Both the position numbers and the translations under genes were made by a program. The notes under the pieces are model-generated. The model worked only from the letters and a program-made list of their open reading frames with translations. It did not search any database and was not told the DNA's origin. Source: Octopus vulgaris (lineage: Eukaryota). From it: a stretch of 64,000 nucleotides of DNA. Below are positions 16,890-30,215 of this stretch, piece by piece. Where the stretch lies: positions 26,040,001-26,104,000 of the forward strand of contig OX597825.1 in assembly GCA_951406725.2 (NCBI GenBank), given 5' to 3'. The first letter of the stretch is position 1. Each line of letters begins with the position of its first letter.

Positions 16890-17065
16890 ATCACTATCTT
16901 ATACATAAATGACAGTTTCTGTCTGTTTGCCGTCTGTCCATCTGTCTGTTACCAGCTTAATGCCTAAACCACCGAACAAATATTCAAAAAATTTTGCATA
17001 CATGTAACACCAACATCCCGCTCAATAAAAAATTATGTGTTCCCCCAGGCGCGTTGGGCGAATTA
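16890..17065 (+). mobile_element. Possible non-autonomous Helitron (HINE/DINE-like) relic
   Basis: ctatcttatacataaa followed by a (TGTC)n-like run and aaaccaccgaac, a layout like HINE 5' ends; no clear CTAG end. Confidence 0.3.
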
Positions 17066-17230
17066 TATGTTAAAATGAGAAGGTTCTAAAATTATAAGTC
17101 TGAGATAGAGGGTGACTACTATCAGTGAAGACGACAAAGGTGGTGAAAAATGGGACAGTTACATTACTATAGCTGTCATATACACGCGACGCTGCACACA
17201 TACATTTTAAGTACATAGATACAATACACA

Positions 17231-17615
17231 TGGAAGCACTCCGTCGGTTACGACGATGAGGGTTCCGGTTGATCCGAATCAACGGAACAGCTTGCTCGTG
17301 AAATTAACGTGTAAGTGACTGAGCACTCCACAGACACGTGCACCCTTAACGTAGTTCTCGGGGATATTCAGCGTGACATAGAGAGTGACAAGGCTGGCCC
17401 TTTGAAATACAGGTACAACAGAAACAGGAAGTAAGAGTGAGAGAAAGTTGTGGTGAAAGAGTACAGCAGGGATCACCACCATCCCCTGCCGGAGCCTCGT
17501 GGAGCTTTAGGTGTTTTCGCTCAATAAACACTCACAACGCCCGGTCTGGGAATCGAAACCGCGATCCTATGACCGCGAGTCCGCTGCCCTAACCACTGGG
17601 CCATTGCGCCTCCAC
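17231..17615 (-). mobile_element. Full-length tRNA-derived SINE, octopus OR1-like, with 11-bp TSD
   Basis: rc head GGAGGCGCAATGGCCCAGTGG...GTTTCGATTCC; ACAATACACAT at 17221-17231 and 17616-17626. Confidence 0.85.
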
Positions 17616-18021
17616 ACAATACACATACGCACAGAGGAAGGTGGGTGTGAGGAATACGTAGCTTTAAAGAGATAGGTAGCTAGGTGGCTTTTCCGATATC
17701 CATCGCAAAGAAACACACTGACACACACACACATACATATATGTATACACCTACCTACCTACCTACCTACATACATACATGGATACATGCATACATGCAT
17801 ACATACATACACATGTTTACTATTCACGAGATCTGAACAGGAATAGGACATGAAACAGTGTAATGTGAATGGGAACTAGAAATAACCCCTGCTTTTCCCG
17901 GGGTTACCGGGTAATTCGACGTCAGCAGCCGGGGAGCTGACCGGAACTTGCGAGCTGACGCACGTGCAGGCAGGGGACGATATATATATCGCTGAATATG
18001 TGTTCAGCGATATATGTGTTC

Positions 18022-18250
18022 AGGCGGCGAGCTGGGCGAAACGTTAGCACGCCGGGCGAAATGTGTAGCCATATTTCGTCTGTCGTTACGTTCCGAGTTC
18101 AAATTCTGTCGAGGTCGACTTTGCCTTTCATCCTTTCGGGGTCGATAAATTAAGTACCAGTTACGCACTGGGGTCGATGTAATCGACTTAATCCGTTTGT
18201 CTATCCTTGTTTGTCCCCTCTGTGTTTAGCCCCTTGTGGGTAGTAAAGAA
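18022..18250 (+). mobile_element. Full-length SINE family B with 24-bp flanking duplication
   Basis: Complete head, core and gtaaagaaa tail; atatatatatcgctgaatatgtgt at 17980-18003 and 18251-18274. Confidence 0.9.
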
Positions 18251-19097
18251 ATATATATATCGCTGAATATGTGTGTGTAATATATTTTAACTGTTTCTAT
18301 AGATTACAGTTGAATAGAGGGAAGTTGGTGAAATATTTCCATCGTTTCTTAATTAGATATTAAAACATTTTATCCGCGTTATCATCATCACCATCATTAT
18401 TATTATCATCGTCGCCGCCAGCCGCATCACTGCTGTTGTTGTTGTTGTTGTTGTTGTTGGCGTTTTTGATATTTCTGTCTCTTGCTTTACTAAAACATCT
18501 TTATTTATGCGCTGGGAAAATGGATTAAAATTTGTCGAGTTTCACAAAAATTGGATTACTCGATATGCGGTTTATTGCGCAGAAATATTATACCATCTGA
18601 GGGGGGTGGGTGGATTTCGAGGAGTTAAAATTTGTTGCATGATATTTATGGATAAAAAGACATTGTGAAATTGTCTTCTTCGCTAGGCAACATTCAATAT
18701 GTAATGTTTACCGGACACGCCTTCTGAATGAACAAAAAAACATTTGCGCAGACAATGAAATGAAAATAAGAACAATAAAAATAGACGCATTTAAAACGAA
18801 AACAATGATGTATTTCTTGTGTCTGACACAAGAGTTATTTAAAGAATCGCAACATGATAACAATAGCAATGCCAACAAAAGTAACGCATGCCTTCTCACA
18901 CACAGTCACCATAACGTCGTGTCAGCCAGAGAGATTCTGGATTTGAAAGACTTCAAGTTGGAGACAAAAGCTTGGTAGCTCTGTAGTGCAGGAGAATTTC
19001 TCAACTTGCTCAAAGATTCAGTCCAGTTTCTTAACCGGGATACATATGGCCTTTGGGGGTTCGTATGAGATTTTGTTGTTAAAGTTATCAGTTACAA

Positions 19098-19553
19098 TAC
19101 TCTCTTTTACTCTTTTACTTGTTTCAATCATTTAATTGTGGCCATGCTGGAGCATCGCCTTTACTCGAGCAAATCGACCCCTCAGAGCATATTCTTTGTA
19201 AGACTAGTACTTATTCTATCGGCTTCTTTTTGCCGAACCGCTAAGTTACGGGGACGTAAACACACTAGCATCGGTTGTCAAACGATGTTAGGGAGACACA
19301 CACAGACACACAAACATACACACACACGCACACACGCACACACACACACACATACACACACACGCACACACGCACACACACACACACACACACATATGTA
19401 TATATACATATATACGACGGGTTTCTTTCAATTTCTGTCTACCAAATCCACTCACAAGGCTTTGGTCGGCCCGAAGCTATTGACATCTGGGACTGAACCT
19501 GGAACTATGTGGTTCGTAAGCAAGCTACTTACCACACAGCCTCTCCTACGCCT
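19098..19553 (-). mobile_element. SINE family A, near full length
   Basis: (ACTCTTTT)n tail, internal (CA)n, tRNA-like head; short deletion in the CORE part. Confidence 0.88.
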
Positions 19554-21030
19554 AATATTTAATTATATAAAAAGTATGATAGGAGTTTTCTTAAGCATTG
19601 CATTCGTATAAGGGTCCCATAATGCAAAATAAGAATCAACGAGTTCCATAAACAAAATATAGTTGAGAACCAGTTATTTCAGGCGAGCAATCAGAAATCA
19701 GTGCATAAATCAGTCTCACACATAAAAAACAGTGTGGCCATACGTTGTACCTTCTGAAATGAAATGAAACTGACACTAGCCGATGTTTGTATTCCTGGTT
19801 TGCCAATTTATTTAGATCTTTTTCTGGTATATCATTGTACCACGTATCTGCATCGTTGTATCCATAATTATTAGAAAATAGCTAGTGTAATTTGAAAGCA
19901 ACCTTAACAAACGCCACTTGTATTATTTCTCAGTCAGTATTTTCCAATCAGCTTCAATATGATACATACAGTATGTCTCTACCAATGGTTACAACGACGG
20001 CACTTGGTTCAATGAAGCGGTTTCAATGTTTACAGAAGTAGTGTGTAGACAATGGTCTTGATCGGCTACAAAGAATCTCTTTGTTTCTATATTAAGATCT
20101 TCATCGGGTTGTCTAGTTTGGATGACTTTCGTATCAGGAACTGTTATGCATATCATTCAGGAGTCCTTGGTCCGGTATTGCTACGAAGGAGCGATACCAG
20201 TCAGAGACAAACAGCACGCACGGAAGTGTCACCGGGCAAGACTGTCCAAGATGCGCCCACAGTAACGGTCTGCAAGCAGTCTCTTACTTTTCGGGCATAG
20301 CTGACATATGTCCAAAAATTAGAACCATGTGTAGGAAGAATCAAGTAATAAAACAAGCTCATTCTCATGCGTACCGCGCTGCCTTTCTTTAACCAATAAG
20401 TAAAGCAGTTTTCCTCTGTTTGATGGCTAGAGCAAAAGTAATGTAGGAATTGAAAATGTTTGCAATCTTTAGCGGAATCCTCCTAAAATCTTTCAAATGT
20501 AACTTGAAAAGAAAAATGAGAGTGGAGACGGAATTGTTGTCGTTGAATTGACATACTGAAAGGCAGGAGAGAGAGACGAAGATGGCAGGATTGGTTGGGG
20601 CTGTGATTCGCACATTGACGGAAAGTGCTTTCGGACTATTTAATCTGTAACCTACAGCGACTCCACAACATAGCAGGTCTCTAGTTAGAATAAACCATAT
20701 TATCAGCTTTCTATATTAGTATACACATCAGATATTCGGAAGTATAAAGGATTCTACAATGCCTGCTTTGTAAAAAAAAAAGAAATATACAGAAACAAAA
20801 ACGAGAGTTTTAAGTCAAGGAATAGGAATGGTTAAGTGATAAAAAAAGTACTGGGATCAGTTTATTTGTGTATTCCTACAAAAATTATTTCATCCCAATG
20901 ACTTAAAAATAAATTAACATACATATATAGCGACCAACACAGACAGCTGTATTAAATACGAACTGAAAACAGAAGCAGTGATGCGACACGAAACGCAAAT
21001 ATTTCAGCTAGTATATCAGAGTTATAATAT

Positions 21031-21436
21031 AGGCGCAGGAGTGGCTGTGAGGTAAGTAGCTTGCTAACCAACTACATGGTTCTGGGTTCAGTCCCACTGC
21101 GTGTCTTCTTGGGCAGGTATCTTCTGCTATAGCCCCGGGCCGACCAATGTCTTGTGAGTGGATTTGGTAGACGGAAACTGAAAGAAGCCTGTCGTATATA
21201 TGTATATATATATATGTATGTGTGTGTGTTTGTGTGTCTGTGTTTGTCCGCCTAGCATTGCTTGACAACCGATGCTGGTGTGTTTACGTCCCCGTCACTT
21301 AGCGGTTTGGCAAAACAGACCGAAAGAATAAGTACTGGGCTTACAAATAATAAGTCCCGGGTTCGATTTGCTCGTCTAAAGGCGGTGCTCCAGCATTATG
21401 ACTGAAACAAGTAAAAGAGTAAAAGAGTAAAGAGTA
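21031..21436 (+). mobile_element. SINE family A, full length
   Basis: ggcgcaggagtggctgtg head, gggttcagtccc B-box, cttgggcagg CORE-like motif, internal TA/TG microsatellite, (AAAAGAGT)n tail. Confidence 0.9.
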
Positions 21437-21853
21437 ATATATATCTGAGTTCCTCTGGGATTATACAACACGCGTGTGAGTTTAACATAGATTAAGTAAT
21501 AGGTATACAGAGAATAAGAAGACGATAAACTATATTTAAAATTCGAAATGGAAAAGTAGAAACAATAATGCATACCTGTGCAACATGGGAGCAGAAGAAA
21601 GACATTTAATTCACTCAAATACAAATCAAAGTGATGCAAACAGAGAATTTGTGCAACTGGAACATGGAACTTCCATACGCTTTGCCATCAATCGCACGCA
21701 ACAATTCATCTAAAACCTAATTGCATTTACAGGAAGACAGGCATGGAAATAAGGAAATTGGTGCAAATAACCTTCATCAACTAAGGTCTTAATATTAATG
21801 AAGTTTTCCTCGTGGCAATTAAGGTGCAGTATAGATTTCAGAAGACGATCTCA

Positions 21854-21916
<63 letters not shown>

Positions 21917-21991
21917 TAAATATAGAAATATATATATATAATTATATATATAAATATAGAAATATATATGCATATATAATTATATATATGA

Positions 21992-22024
<33 letters not shown>

Positions 22025-22516
22025 ATTATATATATAAAAATATATAAATATATATATATGAATATAAATATATATATATGGATACGTACACACACACTCA
22101 TATAGATAGGCACATATATATGTGTATACATATATATATATATATATATATATTTGGAATTAATAGTAATAATAATAAAAATGATACGAAAACATAAATA
22201 TTAATGATGATGATGATGATGATGATAATGAAGACGATGATGCTGATAATGGTAACAATAATGATAATAATAGTGATATTAAAGCATATATTAACATATA
22301 ATGATAATTGAAGAGGATTACACGCATTCATTTAAACCCATCGTTTCCACGCAGTGGAATTGTTACTTACACATCCACGACACACACACACACACACACA
22401 CACACAAATACACACACATGTATCGTGTATATATATGCATGCATGTTTGTGTGTCTGTGTGCGCGCGCTGGATGATCCATATAAGGCGTTATACGTATAT
22501 ATATATATATATATAT

Positions 22517-22682
22517 AGGCGCAGAAGTGGCTGTGTGGTAAGTTGCTTGCTAACCAACCACATGGTTCCGGGTTCAGTCCCACTGCGTGGCATCTTGGAC
22601 AAGTGTCTTCTGCTATAGCCCCGGGCCGACCAATGACTTGTGAGTGGATTTGATAGACAGAAACTGAAAGAAGCTTGTCGTA

Positions 22683-22685
<3 letters not shown>
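22517..22685 (+). mobile_element. SINE family A 5' half embedded in (TA)n
   Basis: Matches 21031-21200. Confidence 0.85.
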
Positions 22686-22743
<58 letters not shown>

Positions 22744-22927
22744 CATACACACGGAGTGATAGGAAAAGAGAGACTGAAAGAGTGTACGAAAGCGAAGAGA
22801 GAGAGAGAGGGAGAAAGGTAGAGATATTGAGAGAAAGAGAATGGATAAAAATAGATAGCTAGATAGTTATCTATATAAAAGCCTCCTTGTATCTATATAT
22901 CACAGACATGCATTGAATACTAAAAAA

Positions 22928-22969
<42 letters not shown>

Positions 22970-23096
22970 ATATCATTCATTTACTAATAAAACTTCTCAG
23001 AAATAGAAAGACAAAAAGGACACATACACACACACACAGACTCACATAACTGCGTATGTGCAAATGATTATATATAGATAATATAAAACCTTTACC

Positions 23097-23146
<50 letters not shown>

Positions 23147-23166
23147 TTATATATATGTAAATATAT

Positions 23167-23474
<308 letters not shown>

Positions 23475-23475
23475 G

Positions 23476-23537
<62 letters not shown>

Positions 23538-24222
23538 CATATTTAAACAAAAGAATCGTACACATATTATGCACAGACAGATAGTCGTTCATATATGTAT
23601 ATATTTGACGTATATACGCGCATATCTGTTGTAAGTTATATATTATATTTGCTATTCCACACACCCAAACACACACACACACACATACATAGTATGATAT
23701 GTTTATAAGTATATATGATACTGCATAACTGCACGTATATGTGTGTGTGTGTGAATGCGTGTGTTTGTAAGTTTGATTTATATGCCCGTATAGTTTCTAC
23801 AGGAATATTCGTTGCAAATTAATAACAGTACTATAGTCATTATTTATACATTAGGTTCCATTTATATGTAGCTGGACATTAATCTGTGATATGTCGGAAG
23901 CTATTGATGGAGTGATGTGATGTATCGGCTACAATTAATATAGCTGATGCACGGCTACAGCTGTAGACTAATGTTTAGCACCCAATAGATTGACGGGGTA
24001 AGGTCCATTGAAATGTTATGTTGTATTAAAATGACATACTAATGTGTAGAAGACGCCTAGAAACAAATTTTGATAATATTCTCCCTATATAAACTGATGT
24101 TTATCTACATACATTTGACACAGTACTGTGCAAACCTGCTTTCATTTAACTCTTTAATTACTTGTGTCACAAGCACACCTCCAAATGTATTATATATTAT
24201 ACTTCAAACATATTATAAGTAC

Positions 24223-24257
<35 letters not shown>

Positions 24258-24330
24258 CATATACCTATATATATATATATATATATATATTACCTATATA
24301 TATATATATATATATATATATTTACATATA

Positions 24331-24395
<65 letters not shown>

Positions 24396-24466
24396 ATGTG
24401 TATGTGTGTGTGTGTGTGTGTGTGTGTAAAAGGTTGAAAAGGAACACTTCGAGTTGATATATATAG

Positions 24467-25197
24467 AAAATGTCAAGGTAGAAAATGCTAAAATAATTTT
24501 ATAAAAAACATTTCAGTACCGGTTTCAGTCATAGAGATTTTTTCAACTGTAAATATGGCAAACAATTAAATTTTTGAAAAAATAAAAGAACAGTTTTTTA
24601 AAAGAATATTTGCATAGTATTCAAATACAAGGAACCTTTTACTTGTTTCTGATTAACTCTGTCTCTCTTGTTTACTCTTGTGGGTTCGAGGTAGCTGTGA
24701 ATTCTTGACAGCCAAGAAGAAGAAGGAGAGGGAAAAGAAGAAGGAGGAGGAGGAAGAGGAGAAGAAGAATGCGGGAGTGCCTTGATAGTAGTAGGATGTT
24801 AAATGGTCAAGTGTCCTGAAAGTGACTTACTGGGGATGGTAGTAGGAACTTGACCATTTAGGATCATACTATATGGCACTTCCGCATTCTATATTTCTTC
24901 TCCTGCTCCTCCTCCTGCTCCTCCTCCTTCTTCATCTTCTTCTTCTTCTTCCCTGCCAAGAATTCACAAGTACCTCGAACCCAGTTGTGTAAACGAGAGA
25001 CAGAGACATACAGAAACAAGGAAAATGCCCCTTGTATTTGAATACTATGCAAATATTCTTTGAAAAAAAACTTTTCTTTTAATTTTCCAAAATTTAATTG
25101 TTTTACATACTTACAGTTGAAAAAGACTGAATGACTGAAACCGGTACTGAAATATTTTTTTACAAAATTATTTTAGCATTAACTACCTTGACATTTT
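24467..25197. mobile_element. Inverted pair of PLE terminal repeats (about 350-bp arms, about 26-nt spacer)
   Basis: 24467-24817 aligns to the rc of 24844-25197; hammerhead-like cag-TTGAAAA-...-GACT-GAAA-CCG-GTA-ctg at 25114-25149 (+) and 24514-24549 (-). Confidence 0.8.
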
Positions 25198-25201
25198 TTT
25201 G

Positions 25202-25253
<52 letters not shown>

Positions 25254-25449
25254 CTCTCTCTCTCTATCCATTTACCCCCTCTCTCTTTCTCTCTCTTTCT
25301 CTCTCTCTCTCTCTAGACAGCCTGTGTTATGGGGAGAAAAGACTCGGCATGTGGATTAGTACGGGAATGGAAACTGAAGTTTTGTCCCTGCAAGAATTCC
25401 CTGATTTGCAGAGATCAGCTGCCCTGTAGACCCTCAATGATGTAGTTCT

Positions 25450-25665
25450 AAGGCGGCGCGCCGTCAGAAACGTTAGCATGCTGGACGAAATGCTTAGAGT
25501 TATTTCGACTTCTTTGTGTTCTGAGATCAAGTTCCACCGAGGTGGACTTTGCCTTTCATGCTTTCGGAGTCGATAAATTAAGTACCAGTAGCGTCCTGGG
25601 GTCGATCTAATCGACGAGCCATCTCCCCACAAATTTCGGTCCTTGTGCCTAGAGTAGAAAAGAAT
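25450..25665 (+). mobile_element. SINE family B, alternative-tail variant
   Basis: Family B head and core with tail aaatttcggtccttgtgcctagagtagaaaagaat; degenerate TSD aatgatgtagttctaag / aataatgcacttctaag. Confidence 0.8.
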
Positions 25666-26265
25666 AATGCACTTCTAAGACAAACACATCTAGGATACAG
25701 CGGTCTTTGCATTAGCGATAGAATTGACGGTGAGAGAAGAATTCTAAACAGTCGAGTGAACCTTCCAGTTGTAAGAGGTTTAACCTACAACCTGAGCTGA
25801 GAATTAGCCTGCAACCTGACCAGAACTTTCCAGAGAATGTGTAGTTCTTAAAAGCTAAAATATTATGTAGAGGGAACATTAGAATGCATTTGTCTAAAAA
25901 AAACACCAATAACATATATTTGCAAAATTCTAGTAAATTATGTGCTTTTACAATAGTTATATATTTCTTTTCAATAGATACATATTTTCCTAATTTTTTA
26001 TCACATTTCAAAACAACATTCAATATAACCGTTTGTGGATAATTATTTTTCTCAAACTAATCATATCAAGTTTAATTCGATAATGTATTTACATATTCAC
26101 CTATGTACATAAATGTGAAATGATTTTTAGGTTTTAGCTATAATTTAAATTTTCAAGTTAAAATAACTATTTTATGAAAATTTTAATCGATATTTCCAGA
26201 TTCACGCACATTTACTATTTTCAAAGATTTTAAACATCTATCCATATTTTATCGCTCAGTCGTCG

Positions 26266-26642
26266 TGGCGCTCCGTCGGTTACGAGAAGAAGGTTCCAGT
26301 TAATTAGATCAACGGAACAGCCTGCTCGGGAAATTAGCGTGCAAGTGGCTGAGCACTCCACAGACTCGTGTACCGTTAACGTAGTTTTCGGGGAGATTCA
26401 GTGTGACACAGAGTGTGACAAGGCTGGCCCTTTGAAATACAGGTACAAGAGAAACAGGAAGAAAGAGTGAGATAAAGCTGTGTTGAAAGAGGACAGCAGG
26501 GTTCTCCACCCCGCTGCCGGAGCCTCATGGAGCTTTGGGTGTTTTCGCACAATAAACACTCACAACACCCGGCCTGGGAATCGAAACCGCGATCCTACGA
26601 CTGCGAGTCCGCTGCCCTAACCACTGAACCATTGCGCCTCCA
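26266..26642 (-). mobile_element. OR1-like SINE, second copy
   Basis: Colinear with 17231-17615; a further fragment lies at about 16450-16520. Confidence 0.85.
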
Positions 26643-27349
26643 CTGTCGTTCAGTAGATCAAATAATATTGCTCGGTTCTAAATTTTAATCTTTAATATAA
26701 ATATTAATTTTAATATATATTTTAGGATCATTAATTATCTTCTAATTTACATTTTATTTTAACATTTACAGACAAGTGATAATCTTTAGAAATTTACAAA
26801 ATATGGGAATATTTTCAACCTTTAAATTAGTCTAAATTTAATGTGATTGTTCATAATTTCAACATTCTTTTTCCTTTTCCCTGTAACCTGAATCTTCTCT
26901 ATATTTGGCATTAACGCCTACCGTTATTTTTCTTTACGTGGCTAACATACTTAGGTGTTAAAATTTGCCCTTCTATGATCTCTTAACTCATCTCATTGCA
27001 ACTAACGCTCTCCTTTCTGTACCTATTTTACTTTATACACATATGTATCTAATGAAAAGTCGGCAAATGGGCTGTATCATCGAAGCAGAAATTAAATCTA
27101 TATTTTGTGGCCAATAAATAAGATACCAGTTAGGTGTTGCGTTCGATTCTTCTTTCACACGTTCGTCAACTCTCTGTCTCTATCTGCGTCCCATTTTGTC
27201 TTTGATTTCGGATCATTACTAATCCAAAAATTCAGCTTTGTCAAAGTGTGTCACGCTCTGTTGGCCTCTGAATTGTATCAGTAGAAGTACTTATGTTATG
27301 CTCAGCCATTAAAACTTTAGTTCTGAATGTGCAAATTCATTAGTCCCCA

Positions 27350-27454
27350 TTTGTTCCCAATCGAAGAAACCATTACATTCAGTGACAATACACCTACCAC
27401 ACATACAAATATAATACACGGATACATATATGTATGCTTTTATATAATTAGACG

Positions 27455-27494
<40 letters not shown>

Positions 27495-29285
27495 TCTACA
27501 CGTTAACAAACGCACATGTATTAGGAAGGTTTTTGCTCCTGATGGAGTTGTAAGGGCTATACAAAATATAAATATATATACATTAGTCACCATAACTGTT
27601 AGAGAATCCAATACTATGTCTCATAACGTTTATTCGAACAACAGTTTGACACTCCAAACAGCGGCAAAAGTTAAAATGACCTAACAAAACCCTTGTCGTC
27701 CTACGAACATATCTTTTCACGCAGTTAATTTTTTGAAGTCGTTGGGTTATTACACTGTTTATTATATAATGTTTACAATCGTGTAATATTGCACCCTTTT
27801 CTATTAGGGGATTGTAATAATGATGGTGTTTTTGCTTAGTAATTTATGAACATATGAATATACCGTTTTTACACTTTAGTCCACATTACACGCTCCACAA
27901 GTTTACAACATAGTTAAATGTTGCTTCTTCCAACGTCTGTCATAATTGATAAGTCAGAGGATAAGCATTGGCCACGAAATTTCAAGAGAGTATTCGAAAT
28001 TAATACAAGAGAGCGATCTCAACTAAATATATTCAGTATCCCGGGAAATGACGTTAACCCATGGGCCACTTTAAGTCTCCCACTCAAGTTGGCCACGGCG
28101 TTGTTTGAACTTAGAACGGAAAGAGGCGGAGGAAATACCATAACACGTCTATCCGACACCTTTATGTTTCCGCCTATCAACCGCCTTGAATTGGTAAATT
28201 TTTATAGAACTCGAAATAACGGAAGGAAAAGCTGGCCTCAGCGAGATGTGTACGCTACGCAGAATGTAGGGAGTCAACCAATATGTCGAACGGTTCTAAC
28301 GACCCCGATACTTTGCTGTGAATTTCTGATATATTTGGGTTTGATAAGGTTGGATTGGTCACTCGAGGAGACGTTATATTGAGAGAAATAAGGTCAAAGC
28401 GACATGTTACGTGAATATCATTAGAGCACTTCTTCTGAGCACATATATATATCTTAAGCGTAATGGTGATACGAAATATTATTGGTGACTGATTTTGAAA
28501 GAAAGTATTATATGGTGTCAACTGGGCTTCATCTTAAATTTCAGAACGACAAGGTTCTGTATTATACATTTCGGCAAAATCGCTACTAATTCTATTTTTC
28601 TGTTGATAATAACATTAGTTCTATTTTCATGTTCCTAATAATAGTAGTTTTATTATCATGTCGATAATGGCCACGAAGCCATGTATTATATGGAATATTA
28701 TAGAACATCAGATATACTTCTTTTTTACAGAAAACGTTCCAGTGGGAAGAAAGGCGTTGCGAATTCAATTATATTCATTTTTTTTCTCTTATCTCTCGTC
28801 TTCTCTTTGAGATGATGAACCTTCGGATACAGGAATAATCTGTAAATGAAAGTGACACCTAAAATCTCAGGTGACAATGTAGTTCATAATATTATTATAT
28901 ATACCATTCAAGAAGGTATATTTAAAAGCTGGCAAAATTGCTTGAGTGTTACGAAAGAAATGTTTTGCGGGGATATATTTTCCCTAATTTTCACGTTTTG
29001 ATTTTAACTTCCATTGCGACCATCTTTGTCATTCATCCTTCCGGTGGTCGATAAAAGAGTGACCAAATACCAATATTCAAAAAAACCTTTCTTTGTTCCC
29101 AATCGAAGAAACCATTACATTCAGTGACAATACACCTACCACACATACAAATATAATACACGGATACATATATGTATGATTTTATATAAGTAGACGTATG
29201 TATATGTATATAAAAGTCTACACGTGAACAAAGGCACATGTATAAGGAAGGTTTTTGCTCCTGATGGAGTTGTAAGGGCTATACA
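27350..29285 (+). repeat. Dispersed direct duplication of about 200 bp (27350-27563 and 29092-29285)
   Basis: tttgttcccaatcgaagaaacc...gtaagggctataca present twice, with different TA tract lengths. Confidence 0.92.
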
Positions 29286-29612
29286 CGTGATATATTTCTT
29301 GTCTTTGAAATTTGAAATCTCGCACACACACATACGCGTACACACACACAACAACAACAACAATAGCAATAATAATAATAGTTTCTACTATAGGTACAAG
29401 GCCTAAAATCTGGGGCGAGGAGACTAATCGATTACATCGACCTCAGTATTACACTGGTACTTAATTTATCGACACCGCGAGGATGAAAGGCAATATCACA
29501 TTGGTAAAAGCACTAACTCGTCACAGTGTAGGATGTGCTCTGAGAAGGGAGAAAGTATAAGCCATATTATTAATGAATGCTGTAAGCTCGCACAACGCGA
29601 AAACAAAAGAAA

Positions 29613-29815
29613 ATACGACACTGTGGTCAGGTATGTCCACTGGCTGTTGTGAGGTAAAGCAAACCTCGAGAGAGCCAAACAATGGTAACAACACAGGCTC
29701 TCCGACTCATACTTAGAGAGGTACAACCCTCTCTGGTCATATACATGAGTAAATGCGCTAAGCAGTTTTTATGTATAATCACAATTTAGGTTCGACGAAA
29801 TATAATATGTTTGAT

Positions 29816-29852
<37 letters not shown>

Positions 29853-30061
29853 CAAACATATTATATTTCGTCTAACCTAAATTGTGATTATACATAAAAA
29901 CTGCTTAGCGCATTTACTCATGTACATGACCAGAGAGGGTTGTACCTCTCTAAGTATAGACCTATGAGTCGGAGAGCCTGTGTTGTTACCATTGTTTGGC
30001 TCTCTCGAGGTTTGCTTTACCTCACAACAGCCAGTGGACATACCTGACCACAGTGTCGTAT
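29613..30061. repeat. Inverted repeat with about 205-bp arms centred on a (TA)n tract
   Basis: 29613-29817 versus the rc of 29849-30061: two substitutions and one 8-nt indel seen. Confidence 0.95.
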
Positions 30062-30062
30062 A

Positions 30063-30190
30063 TAGGCAGTGAGCTGGCAGAAACATTAGCGCGCCGGGAG
30101 AAATGCCTAGCGGTATTTTGTCTGCCGTTACATTCTGAGTTCAAATTCCGCCGTGGTCGACTTTGCCTTTCATCCTTTCGAGGTCGATTA
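30063..30190 (+). mobile_element. SINE family B 5' part
   Basis: Head and core up to gtcgatta; a minus-strand 3' piece lies at about 29380-29492. Confidence 0.8.
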
Positions 30191-30215
30191 TATGTATATA
30201 TATGTATATATACAC

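Noticed and set aside
20052-20660. Higher-GC unique stretch with 82-aa and 74-aa ORFs and CCAAT boxes
   Set aside because: No recognisable domain or convincing splice-site pair; it may be UTR or regulatory but cannot be supported.
21760-21860. Hammerhead-like TTGATGA-AGGT...ACC on the minus strand
   Set aside because: No GAAA box at the required position.
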